A stretch of 64,000 nt of DNA from Phycisphaerae bacterium (GTDB taxonomy: Bacteria > Planctomycetota > Phycisphaerae > UBA1845), in contig CAXXGO010000001.1 of assembly GCA_963666835.2 (NCBI GenBank), positions 1,856,001-1,920,000 on the forward strand, written 5' to 3'. Numbering within the stretch: position 1 is the stretch's first letter; every line of letters starts with the position of its first letter. Below, in pieces: positions 1 to 9,230 of the stretch. Position numbers and translations under genes: made by a program. The notes under the pieces are model-generated. The model was given only the letters and a program-made list of their open reading frames with translations, made no database searches and was not told where the DNA came from.

Positions 1-2
1 CC

Positions 3-269
3 TCCTGCCGAGACGACCTGCTGAGTAGTTCCTGCGTTGGTCTTGGCGGGACGTTCATCGGATCGGGCGAGGTCTGTGACGGCGATTCGGATGGCGATGG
101 GGTTGCGGATGTGTGTGACGTGTGCCCCGGCGTGAGTGACGCCGACTTCGGACCTGAGTGCCAGGAAGCCATTCCGACTGTTTCGGAGTGGGGCCTGGTG
201 GTTCTGGCGTTGCTGCTGGCCGTAGCCGGCAAGGTCTGCTTCGGCCGGCGATTCGGCCAAGTGAGCTAG
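3..269 (+). CDS. C-terminal fragment of an IPTL-CTERM sorting-domain surface protein (5' end outside the window)
   Basis: Manual translation of frame 3, absent from the ORF track: ...VCDGDSDGDGVADVCDVCPG...QEAIPTVSEWGLVVLALLLAVAGKVCFGRRFGQVS*. It shows an IPTxSEWG motif, a TM helix and a basic tail, preceded by a thrombospondin type-3-like DxDxDG..D.CD.CP repeat. Confidence 0.85.
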   Translation, partial: SCRDDLLSSSCVGLGGTFIGSGEVCDGDSDGDGVADVCDVCPGVSDADFGPECQEAIPTVSEWGLVVLALLLAVAGKVCFGRRFGQVS

Positions 270-305
270 ACGCGGCAGGCGCGCAATCGTATAGGAAGCG
301 AGAGA

Positions 306-341
306 GCGGCGGCAACGGGAACGTATCCCCGTTGCCGCCGC
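306..341. terminator. GC-rich hairpin, probable terminator after the IPTL-CTERM gene
   Basis: Perfect 14-bp inverted repeat GCGGCGGCAACGGG/CCCGTTGCCGCCGC; no strong U-tract. Confidence 0.5.
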
Positions 342-727
342 GTTGCGCGCGCTGGCGTACCGGCATCCGGGACGCAACGTACGGCGAACCGAAAGACACA
401 GTTGCCTGTCGAATTCGTCGCGTCTGAGTTTATCCCCGGAACGGACCGCGTATGCTGACCGGGCGACGCGTCGTCCGACATAAATAGACAAACCTAAGGG
501 CCGAATGAGGTTCTATTGATGGAGAACCTAGGCGCGTTCTTTGAATGGCGTCGCTGATACCGTCGTCGTCGCCATGGTTGAGAATGCGAGGAGACTTAAG
601 GTCAATCGTCGCCTTCTCGCGATGGTGCCCATGACGCTGCCCTTTCCTGGCTAAGTGCAGCGTTCCGTTTTGGGACCGCCGCGGCCAGCCATCTGACCAA
701 CGGGAAATACCGGTGAAGGAGGTTTGT

Positions 728-1822
728 ATGAACCGTAGGAGCGTAATCTCAGGCGCCCGACCGGGCATGCGGATGTCCTGCTGGTCGCTGATCGGTCTGA
801 CGCTTTTCTGTTGCGTCACCTCCGTGGCTCGGGCATGTACCTCGTTTGCCATGGAATGCAAGGACGGCCTGCGCTTCGGGACCAACTTCGACAACAACTT
901 CAGGCCAGGGCTGTTATTCGTGAACAAGAGAGGAGTCAGCAAGAGCGGTGCCCCGCTGGATGAGCGTGAAACACCGGCCACTTGGACGTCGAAGTACGGC
1001 AGCGTCACGATCAACACGGCCCCGTATCAGTTTCCTTGGGCCGGTATGAACGAGGTCGGACTGGTGATCAGCACCATGGCGCTGAACGAAACCAAAGTGC
1101 CCATTCCGGACAGCCGTCCTTCCCTGCTTTCGGCGGCCTGGGTTCAGTACGTTCTCGATACGTGCAGGACTGTTGATGACATCATCGAGGCTGAACGGCA
1201 GGTGCGTCTAAACTACGGGATAGACCACTACCTGGCGTGTGACGCCACTGGTCAGTGCGTGGCCGTCGAGTTTCTCGAAGGCAAGCCCGTCTACCACCGT
1301 GGCGAAGACCTGCCCCTCAAGGCGATGATGTTCGGTGGGCCGTACGCTAAGTACTTCAAGCAGAAGCGGCGTGGGGCGGCTTCTGACGCCAAGCCTGCCA
1401 TCGCGGCGGGCACGCTGGCGCGCATCGATGCGATGCTGCGGTCCTACCAACCGGCGGAGGCGAAGGCCGACGTGGACTACGCATTTCGCATTCTGAAAGA
1501 GGTCTCAGCACCGAATACGACGTGGAGTCTTGTGTTTGACGTGCCGAAAAGGACGGTGTTCATCCGTACCTACAAGAACGCGCGCGTGCGCTATATCGAC
1601 CTCAAGGACCTGGACTTTTCTTGTCGTACTCCGGTGATGATGCTCGATGTACATGCGAAACTCGCGGGCGACCTCGTTGGTCACCTGGTGGAATACTCAC
1701 ACAGTATGACGCTGCAACACGCTCTTCAGGCCGTGTCGTACCACCGGCCGGACATCCTGGAGGAGGACGTGAAGAAGATGCTGCAACATCTGGAGAGCTT
1801 TGCGTGTACTGAGACCGATTAG
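728..1822 (+). CDS. Secreted Ntn-hydrolase, choloylglycine hydrolase / penicillin V acylase (linear amide C-N hydrolase) family
   Basis: Signal peptide ending ARA followed by the catalytic Cys (CTSF), G.NFD, WTSKYGSV, GMNEVGL, TTWSLVFD. GGAGG RBS at 718-722. Confidence 0.85.
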   Translation: MNRRSVISGARPGMRMSCWSLIGLTLFCCVTSVARACTSFAMECKDGLRFGTNFDNNFRPGLLFVNKRGVSKSGAPLDERETPATWTSKYGSVTINTAPYQFPWAGMNEVGLVISTMALNETKVPIPDSRPSLLSAAWVQYVLDTCRTVDDIIEAERQVRLNYGIDHYLACDATGQCVAVEFLEGKPVYHRGEDLPLKAMMFGGPYAKYFKQKRRGAASDAKPAIAAGTLARIDAMLRSYQPAEAKADVDYAFRILKEVSAPNTTWSLVFDVPKRTVFIRTYKNARVRYIDLKDLDFSCRTPVMMLDVHAKLAGDLVGHLVEYSHSMTLQHALQAVSYHRPDILEEDVKKMLQHLESFACTETD

Positions 1823-1837
1823 GAACGGGGTCATTCA

Positions 1838-1857
1838 GGGGTCTGTCCGCAGACCCC
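1838..1857. terminator. Hairpin between convergent genes
   Basis: GGGGTCTG-TCCG-CAGACCCC followed by AAA (short U-tract on the minus strand). Confidence 0.45.
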
Positions 1858-1919
1858 AAAGCCGAAGGGCGCACAGGCCGCACGCGGTTGGCGGCGTCCT
1901 TCGCTGACTGACGCTTGGG

Positions 1920-4412
1920 TCAGCCGACCATGCGCACAACGTCGTTATACGTTACGAAAATGAACGCCCCGATAATCAGGACCAAGCCGATCAGTTGGGT
2001 GGCGACCTGGACGCGGAGGCTCACCGGGCTTCCTTTAATCTTCTCGATGATCAGGAAGATCATCAACCCGCCGTCCACGATGGGCAGGGGAAGGAAGTTG
2101 ATCACGGCCAGGTTGGCCGAGATGATCGCCAGGAAGAACAGGAACTCGACGGTGCCGGCCCGGGCGATCTTGCCGCCGATCGACACGATCCCGAGCGGGC
2201 CGGAGAGGTTCTCCACTCCGACACTGCGCGAGAAGATCATCCGGTCCATGATCGTATAGACCTGCAGGATGAAGGCATAGGTCTTGTGCAAGCCGATTCG
2301 CAAGGCGTCGAAGGCGTTCTCGCCTTTGAGCAGCGTGGTCTCATGGTTAACTCCGACGTTCGCGGAAAATGCGATTCTCCCGAGCCAGGGGTCCACCATA
2401 TCTGCGGTGATGGCAACCTCTGCCGTTTCGACCGGTGAGAGCGGCGTGCGTCGGAACTCCACACGTACGGTCCGACCAATCAGCTCCGTCAGAAGGCTGC
2501 GCAGACCCTCGTGGTAGCCGACCTGGACTTCCTCTAGTCCGCGGTTAGTGTCGACCTCAACACTGGTCTGGTCATCGACCGAAACGATTCGAGCCGCGGA
2601 GCCGACCCCAAGCATGGTTCGCAACGAATGCGGAACGCCGAAGGGGACCGTCTGGGACTCGTTGGCCTTGTCCACGTATACTAGATCCACACTTCGACCC
2701 GCTGAGGCACGAAACACGTCAATCAACTCACGCCAGGTTGTTACCGGCTGATCATCCACCGAAGTGATTCGAACGCCTGGAGGAATACCGGCCTTTGCGG
2801 CCGGGCTGGGTTGCCCTGCAATGCGCGGGACAATGTTGCCGATCTGCAGCCAATCATCCGCGACGTTGGCAAAGCTGACGTCGATGGCCCCGGGAGCCTC
2901 CGGTCTCAATACGGTAGCGAGCAATCTGCCGTCATGTTTCTGGACCGTAATGCGCACATGCTTGCCGACACCGTTACGGATTGCTTTGGAGACCTCGCGA
3001 GCGGACGGGTTTTCTTTGTTCTCGATATAGCGTACCAGATCCCCGGTTTCGATGTCGGCCGCCGCGGCTCTGCCACCCGCCTTGACCTCCACAAAACGGG
3101 CCTGCGCCCCGCCTTCCTTGCGCTCATCCTCGGGAATGGCCAGGCATTGGGCCTGCACGGTGCCTCCACCCTGGCGGTGCTGTTTGGGGCGCACGAAGCC
3201 TTCCGCGATCCGGCCGTCGGCCGTGCGAACGGTGTAATGAACGTCATGTTCCGGATTGTCGCGGTAAGCTCGCGTGATGGTTGCCAGGTTCGGGTAGGGG
3301 ATATCATCCCATTCGATAACCGTGTCGCCCTCCCGCAGACCGCCGAGGAAGCCTCGCCCTTCGAGATCGGCGGCGGCGACGCGCACCAAGGGTGCGAGGC
3401 CGAGCACGTTTATGGAATCCTGATCGTCACTGTCGCTGGGAAAGACCGTCAGTTGAGGGGGGATGTTGACGCGAACCCGTTGTGGAGCGGCGTCCGGGTT
3501 GTTGGGGTCCGGGCGTTCCACGTAAATCTCCTTGGCGTACGCCAACATGTTCTGCATGGCGCTGGCGTTGTCGTCGGTGATGGCAACGCCGTCCGCTTCG
3601 ACCAGAAGGTCCCCTACGTGGGGCGAATCCGGTTTGGACGTGTCGATAAAGGGGCCGACGCCTATGATTTCTCGGGTGTAGCCAGTGCTGATGCCGATGG
3701 CCTGGCGGCGAATCTCGCGGGTGCTCTCCGGCCTGCGATAGTCCGGCATGACCATCAGTGGTGGTATCTGACGGCCATTTCGCTCAACGACGAACTCCAC
3801 CGGCTCCCGCGGATGGGCGAGCAGAATGGCCATACTAATATCATTGAATTCAAGGGTCTTCTCCCCGTTGACCTCCATGACGGTGTCTCCGGGGAGCAAG
3901 CCTGCCTTATCGGCCGGACTGTCCGGCTCAACATAGCCGATCCGGGGGCTGGCCGCCTGCATGCCGACCATGAACACGATCATGAACAGGAAACACGCGA
4001 ATATGATGTTCATCACCACGCCGGCCGAGACGATCGCCATACGCCGACCGACCGGTTTGTTGATGAACGACCGCGGATCGTCCTTAAACAACAGTTCTTG
4101 AGTCTTGTCCTCGAAGTCCTCCTGGCCCAGCATTTTTACGTAACCGCCGAACGGGAGGATGTTAAATGAATAACGGGTCTCACCTCGGGTGACTCCGACG
4201 ACCTCCCGGCCGAACCCGATGGCGAACTGCTCGACACGCACGTCGGCCCACTTGGCCACAAGGAAGTGTCCGAGTTCGTGAACGAAGATGATCGCCGAGA
4301 ACCCGAGGATCATCATCGCATAGGGCCAGATCGCGTCCCAGATCGTGGATATCGCAGACTGGGCCATCAGCAGGGTGTCAGGTTGAGAACACTGAGCAAT
4401 TAAACCGTGCAT
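1920..4412 (-). CDS. rseP: RIP zinc metalloprotease RseP (M50) with multiple PDZ domains
   Basis: HELGH, FAIGFG, GGYVKMLG, NFLPLPIVDGG and repeated SPAxxAG(L/I)xxGD PDZ motifs. Lies directly downstream of dxr (conserved synteny). Confidence 0.93.
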   Translation of the reverse strand: MHGLIAQCSQPDTLLMAQSAISTIWDAIWPYAMMILGFSAIIFVHELGHFLVAKWADVRVEQFAIGFGREVVGVTRGETRYSFNILPFGGYVKMLGQEDFEDKTQELLFKDDPRSFINKPVGRRMAIVSAGVVMNIIFACFLFMIVFMVGMQAASPRIGYVEPDSPADKAGLLPGDTVMEVNGEKTLEFNDISMAILLAHPREPVEFVVERNGRQIPPLMVMPDYRRPESTREIRRQAIGISTGYTREIIGVGPFIDTSKPDSPHVGDLLVEADGVAITDDNASAMQNMLAYAKEIYVERPDPNNPDAAPQRVRVNIPPQLTVFPSDSDDQDSINVLGLAPLVRVAAADLEGRGFLGGLREGDTVIEWDDIPYPNLATITRAYRDNPEHDVHYTVRTADGRIAEGFVRPKQHRQGGGTVQAQCLAIPEDERKEGGAQARFVEVKAGGRAAAADIETGDLVRYIENKENPSAREVSKAIRNGVGKHVRITVQKHDGRLLATVLRPEAPGAIDVSFANVADDWLQIGNIVPRIAGQPSPAAKAGIPPGVRITSVDDQPVTTWRELIDVFRASAGRSVDLVYVDKANESQTVPFGVPHSLRTMLGVGSAARIVSVDDQTSVEVDTNRGLEEVQVGYHEGLRSLLTELIGRTVRVEFRRTPLSPVETAEVAITADMVDPWLGRIAFSANVGVNHETTLLKGENAFDALRIGLHKTYAFILQVYTIMDRMIFSRSVGVENLSGPLGIVSIGGKIARAGTVEFLFFLAIISANLAVINFLPLPIVDGGLMIFLIIEKIKGSPVSLRVQVATQLIGLVLIIGAFIFVTYNDVVRMVG

Positions 4413-5548
4413 CGAGTAACCTCTTGGCGCGCCCACCGGTCTGCAGCGAACAGATCGTCCAGGCCGGGGGACGCCATGAATTCATGTTGGGCCAAAGCCC
4501 GCTCCGTGTACCGGGCTATGTCGTGGTATTGGATCACGCCGTCTCGGAACAACCGCACCGCCGCCTCGTTGGCGGCGTTAAGTACCGCTCCGGAGGTGCC
4601 GCCGCGCTCGGCGACCTCGTGCCCGAGCCGCAATGCCGGGAACCGTTCCGGATCCGGCGGATGCAGGCTGAGCTGCTTCAGCTCGATGAGGTTCAGTCGT
4701 TCCGACGGACACGGGTAACGCTCCGGGTACGTCAGCGCGTACTGAATCGGAGTACGCATATCGGGCGTGCCCAATTGAGCCATCAGTGATCCATCGCAAA
4801 ACTCTACTAGAGAGTGTATGACTGATTCCGGGTGGATGACCACTTCGATCCGGTCCGGACGTAGGCCAAACAGCCACTTGGCCTCCACGATCTCCAGGGC
4901 CTTGTTCATCATTGTTGCAGAATCGATCGTGATCTTCGGCCCCATATCCCACGTAGGATGGCGAAGGGAGTCCTCCAACGTGATGTCGACCATGTCCTTC
5001 TCGGTCCAGGTCCGGAAAGGACCGCCCGAGGCCGTTAAGTACACCTTCGCAACGTCCACCGCGCGCCCGGCCTGCATTGCCTGGAAGATCGCCGAGTGCT
5101 CGCTATCAACCGGGATGATCACCGCGCCGTTACGTTCTGCCAGCGGCATCAGGATCGAGCCGGCCATGACCATCGCTTCCTTATTGGCCAAGGCGATCCT
5201 GCGACCCAGCTCGACCGCCCGTACGGTGGCGGGCAGACCGTCGGCACCGACGACCGCGCAGACGACGCAATCGCACTCGATCGACTCCACCAAGCGCACC
5301 AGAGCATTCGGGCCGGTGAATACCTCCGGTGAGTAGTCCAGGGAGCCGCGCAGCTCGGCATTCCCGTCTGAACTGGCAAGAGCCACGGCTTCCGGGCGAA
5401 ACCGGTTTGCCTGACCGCCGAGCCGGGCGGCGCGCGATCCGGCCGCCAGCCCGACAACGTCCCACGTGTCCGCCATCGCGGCCAGCACGTCGAGCGTATT
5501 CCGGCCGATGGATCCGGTTGACCCAAGGACGATGGCTCGTTGCTTCAT
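4400..5548 (-). CDS. dxr: 1-deoxy-D-xylulose 5-phosphate reductoisomerase
   Basis: LGSTGSIG, LANKE, PVDSEHSAIFQ, LTASGGPFR, HPTWDMGPKITIDSATMMNK, NAANE. Confidence 0.98.
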   Translation of the reverse strand: MKQRAIVLGSTGSIGRNTLDVLAAMADTWDVVGLAAGSRAARLGGQANRFRPEAVALASSDGNAELRGSLDYSPEVFTGPNALVRLVESIECDCVVCAVVGADGLPATVRAVELGRRIALANKEAMVMAGSILMPLAERNGAVIIPVDSEHSAIFQAMQAGRAVDVAKVYLTASGGPFRTWTEKDMVDITLEDSLRHPTWDMGPKITIDSATMMNKALEIVEAKWLFGLRPDRIEVVIHPESVIHSLVEFCDGSLMAQLGTPDMRTPIQYALTYPERYPCPSERLNLIELKQLSLHPPDPERFPALRLGHEVAERGGTSGAVLNAANEAAVRLFRDGVIQYHDIARYTERALAQHEFMASPGLDDLFAADRWARQEVTRCTV

Positions 5549-5747
5549 CCAACTCAAATCCTAACGCGGAGACGCATAGTCGCTGTTGTTTTCGGACATA
5601 ATGATAGATTCGACGGCCTCGGCGGACAAGACGTGCGTAGTTCTGCGTACAATCTGTTGGTTGTAGCTGTTTGCCGCTCCATTTCGGACGACCTATAATC
5701 GTGTCGCGCGGTGCTGTGATATCATTGATAATTCTGCTCGGTTCGGC

Positions 5748-6260
5748 ATGCGGAAACGCCTCTTGTCAACGCGGTTGTTTGCCGTTGAACATAGAGAGTA
5801 TCCGCGCGCCGACGGCCCACCGGTGGCCCGCGACGTGGTAATCCACCCCGGGGCGGTCGTGGTTCTTCCCGTGCTCGATGCCGAGCGGATCGTGATGATC
5901 CGGAACTACCGGTACACGGTGGAATCGGAACTCTGGGAGCTTCCGGCCGGTACGAGAGAGCCGGATGAGGCTCCGATCAAGACTGCCCGGCGTGAACTTG
6001 AGGAGGAGGCAGGGTATCGGGCGGGGACGATGACGCCGCTGACTGAGTTCTTCGCTTCACCCGGGTTTGTGACCGAGCGAATGCACTCGTTTGTGGCCAC
6101 CGATCTGACGCATGTCGGGCAGCGGCTCGAGGGGACGGAGCAGATCGTGGTCGAGGTGGTGCCGGCGGAGCAGGTCCGCCGTCGCCTGATCGCGGGCGAG
6201 TTTCTGGATGGCAAAACCGTAGCCGTCCTCGGATTGTACTTCCTGCGCGCTGGCGCTTAA
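5748..6260 (+). CDS. NUDIX hydrolase (ADP-ribose pyrophosphatase-like)
   Basis: Nudix box WELPAGTREPDEAPIKTARRELEEEAG, plus HPGAV, SPG and DGKT. Confidence 0.92.
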   Translation: MRKRLLSTRLFAVEHREYPRADGPPVARDVVIHPGAVVVLPVLDAERIVMIRNYRYTVESELWELPAGTREPDEAPIKTARRELEEEAGYRAGTMTPLTEFFASPGFVTERMHSFVATDLTHVGQRLEGTEQIVVEVVPAEQVRRRLIAGEFLDGKTVAVLGLYFLRAGA

Positions 6261-6277
6261 CCGGCTGGTACTTACAG

Positions 6278-7201
6278 ATGGGTTGGCAGGATCGGGAATA
6301 CGCTAAACATGCCGGGCCTTACCGCCCGGTGGGCTATGTAGGCCGCCCCGGCATGTCCGGCAACCGCAGCATCGTGACCACGTTGATAATCATCAACGTC
6401 GCGATCTTCGTCGTGCAGTCGTTCAGCGACCCGGCGGGGGAGTTCCTATTCGACTTCGGGGCGATGCAGGGTAAGGCGGTCTTGCACGGGCAGGTTTGGC
6501 GGTTGATTACCGCTCAGTACCTGCACGCGGGAACCTGGCATCTGGTCTTCAATATGATCGGTCTGCACTTTCTCGGTAGGCCGATCGAACGGATGTGGTC
6601 CACGCGGAAGTTTCTGACCATCTACACGTTGTCCGGTCTTTGCGGGAATCTCTTTTTCACCCTATTGGCCGCGCGCGAGGTGATTAACCCCAACACCCCT
6701 GCGGTAGGGGCGTCCGGGTGTATACTGGGTTTGCTCGGCATCATGGCCGTGCTGTTCCCTAACGCGACCGTGTTCATCTTCCCGATCCCGTTCCCGCTGA
6801 AGATTCGCACGGTTGCCATGATCCTCGCCGCAGTAGCCTTCATGGCGATTATCCAACGCAGCAACAACTACGGTGGTGAGGCCTGTCACCTGGCCGGGCT
6901 GGCGTTTGGGGTTTGGTGGGCGATGAAAGGGGATGCTTGGTGGCGGACGACCGATTGGAGCTGGCGTCGTAGACCGCGAATCACCCGCCCCGGGCGTTCG
7001 GCACGCCCGGCGGCTTCGGGAGGCTTTGCAGGCCGGGTTGCCCAACGCCGGGAGGATACCGAGACCATCGATCGGATTCTCAAGAAAGTGTACGAGGGCG
7101 GCATCCAGAGTTTGTCAGAGTCTGAGAAGCGGGCGTTGCAGGATGCTACCGAGCGGCAACGCCGCCGGGAGCAAGAGGCGGGACGCGTGGATCGAATCTA
7201 A
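6278..7201 (+). CDS. Rhomboid-family intramembrane serine protease with a C-terminal DUF6576-like tail
   Basis: WRLIT..YLH...HLVFNM, catalytic GASG, HLAGLAFG; tail IDRILKKVYEGGIQSLSESEK. Confidence 0.93.
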   Translation: MGWQDREYAKHAGPYRPVGYVGRPGMSGNRSIVTTLIIINVAIFVVQSFSDPAGEFLFDFGAMQGKAVLHGQVWRLITAQYLHAGTWHLVFNMIGLHFLGRPIERMWSTRKFLTIYTLSGLCGNLFFTLLAAREVINPNTPAVGASGCILGLLGIMAVLFPNATVFIFPIPFPLKIRTVAMILAAVAFMAIIQRSNNYGGEACHLAGLAFGVWWAMKGDAWWRTTDWSWRRRPRITRPGRSARPAASGGFAGRVAQRREDTETIDRILKKVYEGGIQSLSESEKRALQDATERQRRREQEAGRVDRI

Positions 7202-7324
7202 GCCGTTGAAAGAGGGGACCGGGCTCCGAGCCGATTCTTGCTCACAGCCGGTGTGCCACTGCTCTCGAGCAGTGCAGTAACGGGGCATGGGTCAGTACAG
7301 GAACTCGCCGAATGGGATTCCGGG

Positions 7325-8401
7325 ATGTCTTACGATGACAAGCCCTTAGACAATCCGCTCAACTGGTCGTTCAAAGTCGGCCGGCTCTTCGCGATCGATA
7401 TTCGGGTGCATATCGTGTTTGTGCTATGCGCGGTGCTGCTGGTTTGGCTGGAGATTCCGCGGGCGGATTCCGGAGTGAGCTGGTCGCTCGGATCGGTGCT
7501 GCTCAAGGTTCTCGGAATGTACGGGGCTTTGTTTCTGATCGTGTTGTTGCACGAGTTTGGGCACTGTTACGGAGCACGCCGGACCGGCGGCGAAGCGCAC
7601 GAGATCCTCATGTGGCCGCTCGGCGGGTTGGCAATGGTAATGCCGCCGCACCGGGCGAATGCGCACCTGATTACCACGATCGCCGGGCCTATGGTTAACG
7701 TATTGATCTGCCTGCTGTGCGCCGTGGTGTTGGTGTTCTGGGTCGGCGGGTTCGGGGCCGTGCCGTGGAATCCGCTTCATCCGTTCACGCCGGTAAGCTC
7801 CGCGACCGCCCTTACGAGTGGGCAGAGTTGGCTCGCGACCACTTTTGGGTTGAGCTACTTCATCTTTCTGATCAACCTTGCGCCGGTGTTCCCGTTCGAC
7901 GGGGGCCGGATAGTCCAGGCGACGCTCTGGCGGAAGATGGGATTCGAGCGATCGATGGCGATTGCCACCGGTACCGGGATGGTTGGGGCGATAGTAATCG
8001 GCCTGATAGCGCTTTTCATCGAGGAGAGCTTCATTTTGTTGGGCATAGCCGTGTTCGGCTATGCCACATGCTGGCAGCAACGCCGAATTCTGCGCGAGGT
8101 CGGCCCGGCTGCGTTCGGTGACGAGGGCGGGGGCATGTTCGGGGGCTATCGGTTTGGATCCGGGGGAGATGAGGCGGAGGCTGAGCCGGGCTTCTTCGAA
8201 CGTCGCCGCCGGCAGAAGGCCGAGCGCAAGGCGGACCGCGAGCGGCTGGAGCTTGAACGTCATTGCCGTACGGTGGAGGAGATTCTCCGTAAAGTGTCAG
8301 CCACCGGGATCGACTCTCTGACGCCGCAGGAACGCAGGACCTTGGAAGAAGAGACCCGCCGCCAACGCACCGTCTCTGCCGAGTCTCACACGTCCGATTA
8401 G
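7325..8401 (+). CDS. Site-2 protease (M50) family metalloprotease with a DUF6576-like tail
   Basis: LLHEFGH, WPLGG, AGPMVN, NLAPVFPFDGG; tail VEEILRKVSATGIDSLTPQER. Confidence 0.9.
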   Translation: MSYDDKPLDNPLNWSFKVGRLFAIDIRVHIVFVLCAVLLVWLEIPRADSGVSWSLGSVLLKVLGMYGALFLIVLLHEFGHCYGARRTGGEAHEILMWPLGGLAMVMPPHRANAHLITTIAGPMVNVLICLLCAVVLVFWVGGFGAVPWNPLHPFTPVSSATALTSGQSWLATTFGLSYFIFLINLAPVFPFDGGRIVQATLWRKMGFERSMAIATGTGMVGAIVIGLIALFIEESFILLGIAVFGYATCWQQRRILREVGPAAFGDEGGGMFGGYRFGSGGDEAEAEPGFFERRRRQKAERKADRERLELERHCRTVEEILRKVSATGIDSLTPQERRTLEEETRRQRTVSAESHTSD

Positions 8402-8870
8402 AGATAGGGTTGGATCCATGCGTAGCGAGGGAGCGGGGTATCAAACCGCTCCCTGATTGCCCAGCGGAAGCCAATTCCTCGCAACGCATCGAAAAGGCCT
8501 GCGAAGTTGAGCAGGTCTTCGACCAGCACCCTCCAGACCGGTAATCGGCAAACGAAGCCCGGTCTGTCCGGTAATAGAATCCCCGTCATGCTGTTGTAGA
8601 AAGTTGTCGCGGATCGCGCAGGGATTCGCCGGCAGATTGCGGATTATCCCTGTGAGGAACGAGTCTTGCGCCTTCGCTTGGGGAGTAAAGACGTGGACGC
8701 GTTCTCGCGACAGGGTGCCGGCTTGCCGGAAGGAGGTTGGCTGGTAGCATAGGGGTTATGTTTGATCCGACGACGGATCCAGAGCACGAAGATGAGTCCC
8801 GCTTGCCAAAACCGAGACCCACGCGGGGGACAGGGGATACGCGAGAGGCGTAGCAGAGAGCTGGAACAAA

Positions 8871-9230
8871 ATGAACGAATCAACACGCGTTCTGTTCTGC
8901 AACTGCACGTACTCGAACGTAGTTCCTCCGCAGGTCAAGCAACGGGTACTTGAGAGCCTTTGTGCCTCCGGCGTGGCGTTCGACGCCGTGCCGGACTTGT
9001 GTGAAATGTCGGCCCGGAAAGACCCCTTATTACGGCAAGTGGCGGAATCGGCTGACGTGAGAATCGCCGCCTGTTTTCCAAGGGCGGTGCGTTGGCTGTT
9101 TCAAGCCGGGGAGGCACCCTTAAGCGATGGGCAGGTGCGTGTGCTGAACATGCGGGAGCAGGACGCCGGTGCGGTGGTCGCCGGCCTGTTCCCTGAGCCG
9201 CCACCTCCCGGGAGGCGCCGCGATGAGTGA
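8871..9230 (+). CDS. Small Cys-rich protein resembling the HdrA N-terminal Fe-S domain
   Basis: FCNC...DLC...IAACFPR...LNMREQ parallels the HdrA N-terminal pattern CxC..C..AACSPR..NIREQ. First gene of the terpenoid operon. Confidence 0.7.
   Translation: MNESTRVLFCNCTYSNVVPPQVKQRVLESLCASGVAFDAVPDLCEMSARKDPLLRQVAESADVRIAACFPRAVRWLFQAGEAPLSDGQVRVLNMREQDAGAVVAGLFPEPPPPGRRRDE

Noticed and set aside
355..410. c-di-GMP-I riboswitch (GGGACGCAA...GTTGCC)
   Set aside because: The upstream GGCAAAC/GNRA P2 element is missing; the partial match is probably chance.
4400..5548. dxr as part of the terpenoid cluster
   Set aside because: dxr-rseP is a widely conserved housekeeping pair on the opposite strand; proximity may be coincidental.
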